In this document: positions 53,390 through 64,000 of the stretch, piece after piece
Layout of the letters: each line of letters begins with the position of its first letter
How positions within the stretch are numbered: position 1 is the stretch's first letter
From: Amphiscolops sp. MND2022
Lineage: Eukaryota
DNA length: 64,000 nucleotides
Assembly: GCA_964187785.1 (NCBI GenBank)
Contig: OZ076412.1
Coordinates: 63,178,001-63,242,000 of the forward strand
Direction of reading: 5' to 3'
Program-made: the position numbers and the translations under genes
Notes under the pieces: generated by a model
Databases searched by the model: none
What the model was told of the DNA's origin: nothing
Seen by the model: only the letters and a program-made list of their open reading frames with translations

Positions 53390-56184
53390 TCAGCTTGCAA
53401 GTTTTCTTCCGCAATTGTCACATATTGTTGTTTTGGGGATCTTTTCTCTGATCTTGTATTTTCTGAGCCTTGTAACTTCTGAGCTTGTTTCGTCTCCTAT
53501 TCTCTAATATGTGTCCTCCTGCCGTTCATGAAGATTCTGTACTGTTTCCGGTCATTTCAATGTCATCGGGATCTTTCCCATCGTCTTTCGGAATCGACCA
53601 CCAGCACCCTATCATTGTTTGCTTGTATTTGTTGTGGAGATTTTGGATACTGGGTGTGGGCCATCCTAGCGTCGCCTTTTTTGTTATTCGATTTTTGGGC
53701 TTTCTCAAGACATTGCCAAGTCGTCTCAGTGCCCTTTCTTCTTTTTTGCTTCTTACCGAGTCCACTTTGAGCATTTTCCTTACGCCGTACCTGTTTGTTT
53801 TTGTCTTTCATTTCCATCAGCGGTGGTTGTATGTGAAGCCCATATATATCGATATAGTTTGTCCATCTCTTTTAGAGTTTTACTTATTTCCGCCGTGTTC
53901 CGTGGTCTTGTTGCCGAGTCGAACAGTGCTATAGCCTCAACGCATGTTTGAGCTATCCTTGCTTGTGTTACTATCGACAATTTGCTTTTCTTCAGTTGTT
54001 TGTTTGATCACAAATGCTGCCTTCCTGGTTCTTTCAATTCTCTTTTTAGGTCTTCCGGTCGCAGTAAGTTCCAATTACTCTTATGTCGTTCGTGTTTCCA
54101 AGATACAGCTGTTCTTCTTTGTCTGGGTGGCATTTCTCCTCGAAACGCTTCAGGGTTTTGGTCACTGTTTCTTTCCCGTTCACTTCGTCACAGGTGTTTT
54201 CGTGTTTTCAAATTCTGAGCGCATTTGTTTCCATTCCGTACTTTTTCAACATAGGCCATTGGATTGTCTTATTGACTCTCGGATAGGCCTTCGGTATGTC
54301 TAGCAGCACAGCCATAGGTCCGTTCGTGGAATTGTTGTTCGTGTCTTTGTTCTTCATTTCCTCGTGCAGTCGTGTTATAACTTGGGATACATCAGCCGTC
54401 GATCTGCCCGTCCGGTATCCGTGTTGGTTGTCTTCCACTCTTGTGAATTTTTCGGCCCATACTGGGAGTCTTGATGCAGGTTTCAAGCACTGTTTTGTGG
54501 GTCACGTTGGCGGCTGTGGTCCATGAGCATTCATTTGAATCTTTCACTAGTTCCCGAGGTTCCTCCACGTATTATCTCTTGGTTTCTTCTTCCCCGTTTG
54601 GTTAGAATTTGGGGGTTTTGATTTGATGATCATGCTTTTTGGGCGGTGGTCGGAGAACGAGTCTTCTGGTAATGTTGCTATTTCTTCGACGAGCTCTCGG
54701 CGTTGGTTATTCTCGAGGATTAATCCAAGTTCTTACCAACTCCGTTTTCTCCTGTGGTACCATGTGACTCGTTCGTCCATCTGATAGAATGAATGAATGA
54801 GTCTGCCCAGCAGAGGTTGTGTTCTTCGCACCATAGTAGGAGATCCGTCCCGGTTTCGTCTCTTATCCGGATTCCAAATCGGCCTTTTGTTGCTGACGGA
54901 AATTTGTCAGATCACTCCGTCCCCATGTGTGCATTGTGGTCTCCTCCGGTTATGAGATATTCTCGATTGTTGAATGCTATTTGTTCGTTCCTGTAAGCTT
55001 CCTTTGCTTGTTCGCCGTGTTCCCACGGGGGTTGGTAACATGCTATTTGTCGGATTTCATTCTTTTATCTTGATCACCCGGTCGCCAAACCATTTATGTT
55101 GCCCTTCTTCAATCCATTTATGTTTCGAGGCTCGGCACAGGATTATGGCGCTTTTGCGTTAGTGAATCACCACTGCTGAGTTCTTACCTTCTAACCATTT
55201 TGTTCCGCATTCTTCGGCTGTGATTTCGCTTACTAACACATGGTGGTATTTCTTCCGTAAGCAGTAGAAGGCAAACTCCCGCAGTTTCTTTCTGTTGTTT
55301 TCTCGGGTAGACATCCTTTGCATGTTCGAATTTATGATCTTTGTTTTCTTGGCTTCTTCCATTTCCTTTTTCAATGCTTGCTATTTGCGCTTGTGTCGGT
55401 CTCTTCTTTGTTTCGTTCTTTTCTTTTTTCGTTTGGGTCTTTCGTTTTGCAGTAGGAGCAAGTTCCACATTCGATTGTCTAATTCCATTCCTTTACTCGT
55501 TTCAAGTGTGTGCACTTTTTGTATCCACCCACCTTTGTGGTACTATACACTCTTCTGCTTCCGGTCTAGGATCTGGGAGTTGCAAGGTGGGTAAGTCCAG
55601 GGGCCGGGGTTGGTTTCGTTGTCTCCTGATCTTATATCAGTTTCATTGTAGGGTATTGTTCGTGGACTTTCCCTCCCGAGGTCGGCGTCGAAGGCCAGGC
55701 CTTTGGGAAGTAGTGTTTTGCTTTCATATGGGTCAGGAAAATGAAAAGGTGCTTGGTTCTCGGAAGGGGCAGATTCACCTTGGAGGACGTTATCGAAAGC
55801 CAGGGTTCCTGGTTCTTCCACCCGCTCTGCACCTGGCGTCATAAGCACCATTTTCGTAGGATCTTTGCTATTCTACACATGTCTCTTTTGTTGAGGTGTA
55901 CGCCATCGGTTGCGTAGATGTCGCTTGAACCTAGTTCTGTCCCTATCCCAATTCATTCGTGTTGGACACTTCTCTTAACATGCAACGTTAATCTTTCAGC
56001 GTTTGGTTCATTGTTCTTATTGCCTCGTTTTCCGATGTTGCTTTGGTTCTTCTGAGGATTCCCATAATCTTCACTTTTGTTTCTTCGCCATGTTCTTTTG
56101 ATTTCGTGTGCGAGCTCGGCCTGTGCAGGGTTCGAACCCACGTCCTCCTGCTTTCCGGGCTAATACTGACCAATAGACGATCCG
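53390..56184 (-). mobile_element. Degenerate RTE-like LINE with a tRNA-like 5' head
   Basis: APE start KIINSNMQRM...LVSEI; RT QHGYRTGRSTAD...LLDIPKAYPRV; post-RT ALRRLGNVLRKPKNRITKK; A-box TCGTCTATTGG and B-box GGTTCGAACC at about 56118-56184. Confidence 0.7.
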
Positions 56185-57028
56185 GTTTACATCTGGATCA
56201 ATTGAAGAAAATGTGTCCGCTACAGTGCAGCTAGGGAAAAAACTTGCTACTGTAAGAGTGCATTTTTTCAAAGAAATTTGAACGTTTCTGACTGGGAGCG
56301 AGTTCCACTTTGTAGAAACTTCATGAGAAAAGTTATATAAGTGGGCTGAAGAATTTTTACCATGTATTTTCGATGTCTCAAATTTAAAATGGAATGCAGG
56401 TTTCTCATTTGAAAGTTATTTAGAAAAGTCAGTCAATCGCCTCATATTGTTGAATTTATGATACGAAACTCACGTGAATGCTGAGAACGAATGCATTCGT
56501 AGTGTTTACTGCTTCAAAGTATTTACTGATTCATATGGGCATTCTCAGCATATTCAGCTCTGAGCCTTCGAGATTTCAAACCGCACAAAAGACGAGGTTA
56601 AGTTCAAATACTTTTTAAACCAAATAAGTTATTTATTGCTATTAATACTTATAATGGATCACTCAATGTTGACTAAGAAACATTTCTAGTTTTTGTTGAT
56701 AACTCCGACTTTCATCATAACTTCAAAACTTTTAATCTTTAGTATTGCACTAATTTAAACCAGAGTTGTTACGTGCAAAGCTTCAAAATGAAGCTACCAA
56801 GAATTAGTTTAATGCAATGTTATTGAAAGTCTAGACTTAAAAAGTAATTTTGTATAGCTCGTAACTTGTTCGTGCTATAAATGGCAATGTTTTGGCAACT
56901 TGTTCGAGTTGAGTTGAGCGAGTTGAAGTCTAATTTGACTACGTCATTCAAATTTCGGCTGTTATTTCTTTTCTAATTACTTTCTTTACTGGCTCGGTTA
57001 TTCAAGACAACGTTCTTTTATCTTTTTA

Positions 57029-59539
57029 ATGGCATCAATTCGACAAATTGAAAAATACTTTTTCAAAAATAAGTCCCATTTTTCGGAACCTAATACTTAC
57101 CCCTTGGCTGTTTTCAATGGAGAGTTTCACAACGATGGGTTTGACCAAACGTGTGTATCTGAAACGTGCCCTAAATTGTACAGCGAAACGCCTGTTTCCA
57201 AAACGCGAAAACTCAGTGCCTTTCGTGATGGTAAGGAGAACTTGTTTTCTGCAGATGTCTCCCCTGAATTCGAGAGCTGTACAATCAACGGAGTACTGAA
57301 GAAGCACTTTGAGTGTACAAGGCGAAGAACAAATGAGGTTTTGAAAGATGTGTTTGGCTGTGAGCTCAAGTTAGTTGATGACGTGGAGGCCGCTACTACA
57401 AATGCGCCCACCCAAGAAGAGGTCAGTAGTCAAGCTACTAGTTAAGTTGCGCATTTTAGTTTATTATAAATTTTGAAAACTGTTTAAAGGAAGGGTTTGT
57501 GATTTATGAAACACTAGTCGGTATGAAACATCAGTTTAGATTTAAAATCATCAGGTTTATAAAACAGCAAAACTGAAAAGTGCAAATACAGTCATTTGCA
57601 AATTTGAAACGAAACACCAAGAACACAGCGTCATTTGCCGCTCCTGATATTTTTCTTCCAGCTTCTGGAAGTTATTGGAGTCAAAAGCCCCATAACGTAT
57701 TTCATTTGGCATTATAATCGTTTCGTATCCTTTTCTCTTTCGGTGCGTTAAAATTCATATTTTTCTATGTGCAGTAGAATCATTCTAGTCTCCGCAAGTA
57801 TTGTATTACGTGATAAATAATGCAAAAAAAAGAGAATTGTTTTCCGAGATTACCAGAAATTTCGTCGTCGGTAATTACGTTCTAAAAAACATTGTCGCAT
57901 TTCACTTATTCACTAGGAATCGTCTTTTATTATTGTGTCTACTAATCTTAATAAATATCGTTGATTGTGGAATAACTTCCATCATTGACTACTTTTTAAT
58001 TATGGTCAGGGTTACCGAAAATATTTTAGCCAAAATACATTTCTTAAATTCTATTCTCGAAAATAAATAGTTGCAAAACATTTGTTTCAAAAATAAATTA
58101 TTGCAAAGATTTCACAATATAATGTTACAATTATATGAGTTTTGAAACAGTTTCTGACGACCAGAGTTCCCTGTTATAATGGAGAAGTTGAATGGCATCC
58201 ATATGCAGTGGTGACAATGCATGACGCAAATGAGTTTGTGTCAACCAACTACGACTAAAGTCACGCAGATATAGATAACCAGAACTTGAAACAATACCGT
58301 ATATAATGCGACAAAATTCTATTGGCGGCTGACAACGCAAGTCGTTATTGCAGAATTATTTTGGCGGTTAAATAAATAATTTGTATTTCGAGATTCCAAA
58401 ATTTATTATTTTTTATTTCATTAATAAATTTTTATTTTTGATTCATTGCAGTTTTTTTCGTTGAAATAATTTTTTTGGTAACCCTGATTATGGTTTCGAG
58501 AGAAAAAGATTCGCAAGCAAAATTTTAACTTATCGTAGAAGATCTTCCATTGTCACAGATTGTCACATTTTCTGTAGTTTTTGAACATTTTTCGAAAGTT
58601 GGTTGTAAAATAGTTCAGGACTGAAAATATCCCGTTGCTGAACAAGCGATGAGTTGATTGAATGCAGTTCTTTTTTGACTCAATTTTGGTGTCAAAATCA
58701 AGCCTGTTCTTGAGATAGTATTTCAATAATAAAATTATTGAATACTTAAAATGATATCTTTTCGAGGACGCTGTTAATTCTAATCAATCCGACAAATCAG
58801 CTATTTGTAACTCACATTTTTTGTCCCAGAAAATTTTGAAAAATACTAATGTAAAGTAGATGAAATTCTAAGAATTTTTTTCACTTCTGATGTTTTTGAA
58901 AATGTTCACCCGATTTCGAGAAAATCGAGCTTAAAATCGCCTGTGGGGATGATTGATTGATCACAGTACTGTATAATAAAGTTCGATTATATGAAACAAC
59001 ACTAGTCGCTCCGCTGACGTTGGTTATATCCAGGATCCACTGTAAAACTATATCGAATCATTAAATTCAAACGCTTATACTTGGAAAAAACGTTTAAAAA
59101 TTCCCAAGTTCTTTTTCAATAATAAGTTGAAGAAATTATCGTTATTTTGCTAATTATAAAACTATTCTTCAACAGCTTTCCTAGAATATTTATTGTAATA
59201 TAATGGTGATAATGGATAGCCTAGTTTTTCTAGCTGTCCACAGACCGATGGGAAAGAGGCACCGCTACGAACAACAGTTCCACTGCGCCTGTTGCCTCTG
59301 GGGCAGTCAGCAATTTAAGCCCCGATTCCTCAAGTAACACAGCGGCGGTGGCTCCCAGCAATTTCACTGTGATCATTCGCAAGCTGAGCACCGAGAGCAG
59401 TAGAAGCAAAAGCAACAGCAGCCACTTCAATGACGAAGAACCGGTCACAGAGTGGTCGTTGCGACAACAAAAACTGTCGACCAGCAGCAAAGACAACATC
59501 CGTGCGACCGAGAGTCAAGGCGATCTGCTGAAAGCTAAG
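57029..59539 (+). CDS. Putative upstream exons of the NYN-PIN gene (57029-57421, 59234-59539)
   Basis: Phase-0 donor GAG|GTCAGT, acceptor TTTTTCTAG|, open 102-codon Ser/Thr-rich exon, phase-0 donor AAG|GTTTGT compatible with exon 61860. Confidence 0.5.
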
Positions 59540-59642
59540 GTTTGTTTGTCAGCTTGCTGCTTTTTAGTCGGCGCATTTTAGTAGAAAATGTACCCGACTA
59601 TTACAGTGGGTAGTTTTTTTTAGACACGAAAGGTCCACTATT

Positions 59643-60083
59643 TTGTTCATTTGTTCAACAACCTCAAACTTCAAACCTCAACAACTCCAACCTCAGAAGC
59701 GCGTCCAAAACGATAAGAAAAAACAAAACAGACGTCCACAACCTCGAAAACACACCTTAGCCCCACTTTTTTTCAGCACTTTTTTTGAAGTTTTTTGGAT
59801 TGCACCAGAGGGTCCCCCCTTCATTTGTTTCGATATTTTGCAACACAATGGATGTCAAAAAATCGCAAAGGGTCCCCCTTTTACATTTTTCGGCACTGTG
59901 ACACTTCAAAAATCTCATTTAAAAAATTTTTTCGGGAAATTTTTTCATGTCTCCAAAGGGTCCCCCCTTCAATTTTTTTTCAAATTTTTTGCAACCAGCT
60001 GGAGTTTCACAAAGCCCGAAGGGTCCCCCTTTTAAATTTTGAGCCTTAGATATGGCGCCGACTTTGGCCGTTCTCGGCTTGTT
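59643..60083. repeat. Interspersed non-autonomous repeat with four AGGGTCCCCC(C)TT motifs (intronic)
   Basis: Motif at about 59810, 59869, 59957 and 60020; boundaries approximate; class not assigned. Confidence 0.4.
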
Positions 60084-60112
60084 ATTCTCAGTAGCAGTAG
60101 ACACTTACTGGG

Positions 60113-60632
60113 GGGAGCGGGACAAAACAGTCGATTTTAAACGGGACAAAACAGTCGATTTTAAACGGGACAAAACAGTCGATTTTAAAAGGGACAAAAC
60201 AGCCGATTTTCAGAATAGGACAAAACAGCCGATTTTGAAACAGTACAAAATCGCCGATTGGTAAAAATAAAAATCGCCGATTTTGTCAATGCGTAAGATT
60301 AGCAGTCAATAAAATTATTATTATAACGTAGTCAGCTATGTTCACATACCCCTAGTGCCCTAAATGCTGGAGCGAAGCGAAGCGGAGCGACGTGCCATAT
60401 GGCCATGCCTCAATGTTGCTACTTGGCGAAGGGAGCGAAGCGACAGAGCCATACAACAAATATGAACCTCTTCGAATAAATCAAGTTCCATGCATATTGG
60501 CTGTAACAGCACTCATTTTGTTCCGTTTTGAAAATCAGCTGTTTTGTCCCGTTTTAAAAATCGGCTGTTTTGTCTCGTTTTGAATATCGGCTGTTTTGTC
60601 TCGTTTTAAAATCGCTGTTTTGTCCCGCATCC
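60113..60632. mobile_element. Mutator-like foldback MITE, 520 bp, 9-bp TSD CTTACTGGG
   Basis: TIRs GGGAGCGGGACAAAACAG / CTGTTTTGTCCCGCATCC; 24-bp subterminal tandem repeats in both arms; TSD at 60104-60112 and 60633-60641. Confidence 0.85.
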
Positions 60633-61859
60633 CTTACTGGGATACTCAAGTTAGGTTTAAGCTCTGAGATGAAGTGTGTCTTTTCAGGGAAATCTATATT
60701 CGCAATCAGGAACCGAAGTTTTTAAAATTTTGGTTCACTTTTTGAATGTGCGTGTTTGAAGCAAATTAATAATCCGACAGTTATTTACGTGGTGGCCAAA
60801 AATGCTGTTCAAATGCCGTTTCTGTACTTTTGAGTATTCGAGATGATTAAACATGAACGGCAACCATTGTTAGTGGAAACTATTGATGGGTTGTATTTCC
60901 TGGAATTCGGTAGCTATGCTCTTTGAATAATTGAAATTCAACTAGTTCAGAAGTGGGCTTACGCCTCTGCATCTAGTAAAAAGGTTGCTGCGTCATTCAT
61001 TGCAATGTTTGTTGTGTATCATTTCCTCATTTTTGAGGCTTCATGCTGTGCATAAGGTGCTTTGAAATATGCATACACCATGCATTTTATGCAAATGACC
61101 GCAGTTGAATTAGATTACGTCACAAATGGCGTCTGGTAAATTAATTAATGACTACCGATTTTTGAGACTATCACGAGGTGCGATCACAACTCGATCACGC
61201 GATGCTCGACTAGCCAATTGTGTTGCAAGAAATGCTCTGTCTCTCTTTGGCCAGCAGTTCAACTCTGTAATCTCGATATAATTGGTTTCTTGAATTTTTA
61301 CTTGTTTTGAGTTATTACTGCTCAACCACTGTCGCAGATTCTACCAAATTTGCAAGTTTTTCAAGTTTTGCACCTTAAGCCTCACTAAGTGTTCAAGAAA
61401 AATTGAAGAAGATTTAAATAAATACTTCACGCTCTTTTAGCCAATCGTTGTCATTTTACGGTGCTGTGAAAAAATTGGAAGTTAGAAGTAAAGACGCTGC
61501 AAAATACATAGTCTCCGTTTTTATGGTCTGGACAGTTCATATGCTCAGTACATGAAGTTTGAGTAGGATATTTTCAGCAAATGTGCTTGACTAGCAAATA
61601 AGAATATTCTATATCAGTTTCTCGAGAAAGTATCTTCCTTCGACCTGACAAAAACGCACTGTATTTTCCCACACAAATCAAAGGATACTTTGAGAAAGAG
61701 CAGTATGCGATTATGACGATTAAATGTCTTCTTTATCGAATAATGGATGCATTACAACTTCTAAGCGTTAGAAAACGCATTTCCGAAAAAGTATCTTTGT
61801 TGCGAAAGAGTTTGTGTATTAGAAATATGTACATGTAACTTGACTAAGATATGTTTCAG

Positions 61860-63742
61860 GAATTTGTGGCAAACAACTACCACTATGGGCCCTTCTATGA
61901 GAACGAATTCGTTTTTCCCGATGGCTCCCTCATAGCTTATTGCCTGAATGGCCTCATTTGGAAGTTCGGCCTGGATATAACACTCGGCAGTGAGTTGAAG
62001 GTCTTTGTAAGGTCGGCAAGTTCTGTCGAAGACAAGAACGTGGGAAAACAGAAGTATGACAAGTTCCGAGAATGTATGAAAACATTTCACCGCATGGAGA
62101 AAGAACGAGTTGCCGTTCAGCAGGTGGTGATGAAAAAGGGAGGAGCTGGCCATGGCAACATGTGGGGTGGGGAAAAAGGGACTGCTTCGTTTCCAGGGGC
62201 CTTTGCAGTCAATGACGAACACCAGTTCAAGTTCAGCGATGAATCATGTAAACATAAGTTGTACAATGACATCCTGGCTAAATACAACATCCCCCAGAGG
62301 TTTTACGTACCCGAGTTGCGCCACATAATCTTGGACGTCAGCAACATTGCAGAAACGTTAGGACAAGTTTTCAAATGTTTACTATGATGCTCGTTTTTCT
62401 TTCTGGACTAAAGCTTCCGGAAACTTTAAACATTGTGAAATTAATTTTCTTCTTTCAAAAGTTGCGTGAAATATGTCTCAATCAAAGGCTGATTTAAAAG
62501 CTTTTTATATTTTTTGACATCGGAAGTTTTGTGGATAGTTACCTAAACTCAAGATAGAATCCAGGTCAGAATACAGAACGTAAATGAAATACAGATTTTG
62601 GGAATTTTTGATTTTTTCAATTTACCATAAGTCTCATTCTGAAGACTTTTTTTCATTCAATCCGTCCGAGAATTTTTTCAAGAGTTAATTTTCAAGTTAA
62701 TAGAGTATTAATTTCATAAGTGTTCAAATGTTTATTTAATATCCAGTCTGATTCAGGGCTTAATTCTCTGCTGCTTGTATGTAAAATTATTCTGCAGATA
62801 ATGGTTAAATTGGAAAGAACGTTTGTCTGTGGATTTTCGAGGGAAAAAATCGATATCACAAGAATGCAATAACTAATTCAATCAACGATTTGTCGCAAAA
62901 AAAGATCTATATCTTTTATTTGTACCACTTTTTGTGCAAGAGTATTTTTCATCTAGTTTTATCAATGAAAACTGCTGTAATGTCTAGTGTTTTCAGTCGG
63001 ATTTTTGCAATTTTAGTCATGGGTCTCAAGAGCCGAAAAAGTTTTCGTGGCTGGGAGTCAAGATAGCTTACGATCATTTCCGCAGCTGCGGACACAAACA
63101 AATCACTCTAATTGTACCCCATTTCAAACGGCACAAAACGACAGATCCAGAAGATTTGAGAATCATTCGTTTGTTCGAGGACCATGATGTAATCAAATAC
63201 ACCCAGTCAAGGTAACTAAAACAGATTATTGTTGTGTTCGGTTGAAAATGAACATCAAAACAATAGTTGTCATTCTCACAAGGTCACAAATGCAATTGTC
63301 GACATAGAAAACTATAGCAAGAAAAAGGTTTCATGCGTATCACGAAAATTTCATATAGTTCCATTGGTATTTAAAAATGTCTACTTTCTAAATTTGTTGA
63401 TTCAAGATACTTTGAATTCCTAGACATGTAGCGTGATAACTTATCTGCAAAGATTTTTTTTCTAAATTCGATTGTTGACACTTTTTAGATAAAAATAGCT
63501 TCCCACTACGGTGCAAACAAAGCATTCATATAGTCTACTAAAAGATCTTTTAAACTAGTGTATCCTTTTGGCAGAGTGCCACAGGCCAGTGTACACGATG
63601 ACCGTATGATGCTAGAGCTGGCAGAGAAGGTGGGTGGGGTCATCGTTTCAAACGACAAGTTCTCGGACGTGGCCAGAGACAAGGCTGAGTGGAAACGCAT
63701 TTCAAGAGATTTTGTATGCACCTTCATATTCGTCAAAGATGT
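61860..63742 (+). CDS. Host Regnase-1/N4BP1/KHNYN-family NYN-PIN ribonuclease (exons 61860-62356, 63017-63211, 63575-about 63742)
   Basis: Spliced LRHIILDVSNIAET|HG...FSWLGVKIAYDHF...GH..IT..VP...YTQSR|V...HDDRMMLELAEK.GGVIVSND.FSD...EWKR matches the ZC3H12-type PIN; GT-AG junctions are phase-compatible; last donor uncertain. Confidence 0.85.
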
Positions 63743-64000
63743 GTACGTATCCTGTCTTCCTACCGACATAGAAAATAGTTCCGAAAATGTAGCAATGATG
63801 GTTTTTGAAATCAAGATACTTCAAAGATCTAGCAGTATATAAAAACATGCAAGTGGATCCGGTTTCGCGTTTTTTGGTTTGCAAAGGTAAGAAATGCGGT
63901 TTCGAAAATAGCAAATATTGCAGACGTTTAATTTGCGACTCATTATCGACTTATTGAAACGTTTTTTGGCTCTAACTCTTAAATAATCGAGGAATCTCTA

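Noticed and set aside
60052-60264. RDKTVDFK repeat protein
   Set aside because: Translation of the MITE's 24-bp subterminal repeats
61761-62222. 153-aa minus-strand ORF
   Set aside because: Antisense shadow of a plus-strand exon of the NYN-PIN gene

Overview
AT-rich, repeat-dominated eukaryotic (metazoan-looking) genomic DNA; the host species cannot be assigned from the sequence alone. (1) 1-13.1 kb: a decayed CR1-clade LINE locus amplified by an 8.2-kb head-to-tail duplication and an internal 1,989-bp duplication, with nested MITEs. (2) 13,488-40,415: a complete Polinton/Maverick (adintovirus-like) element with identical 198-bp TIRs (AGTAGT...ACTACT) and a 6-bp TSD (CATCTA). It carries the core genes (packaging ATPase, integrase, minor and major capsid, adenain protease, protein-primed PolB) and is interrupted by a tandem Copia (3 LTRs, 2 internal copies; about 17.8 kb remain once it is removed). 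Its accessory cargo is the most striking content of the window: an EGFR-ligand-type EGF protein, a divergent ribosomal protein uS5/RPS2 homologue, an ORF with paired SILK/RVxF PP1-docking motifs, a DEDD/Maelstrom-like nuclease, tRNA-derived Pol III units inside the TIRs, a spliceosomal intron in polB and an 84-bp tandem array. (3) 41.7-52.4 kb: a scrambled env-bearing Ty3/Gypsy (errantivirus-like) element with inverted duplications and a thrice-copied exon-intron-exon cassette. (4) 52.4-56.2 kb: MULE and RTE remnants. (5) 57-63.8 kb: a spliced host gene encoding a Regnase/N4BP1-type NYN-PIN RNase. All family assignments come from manual motif recognition; no database search was run.
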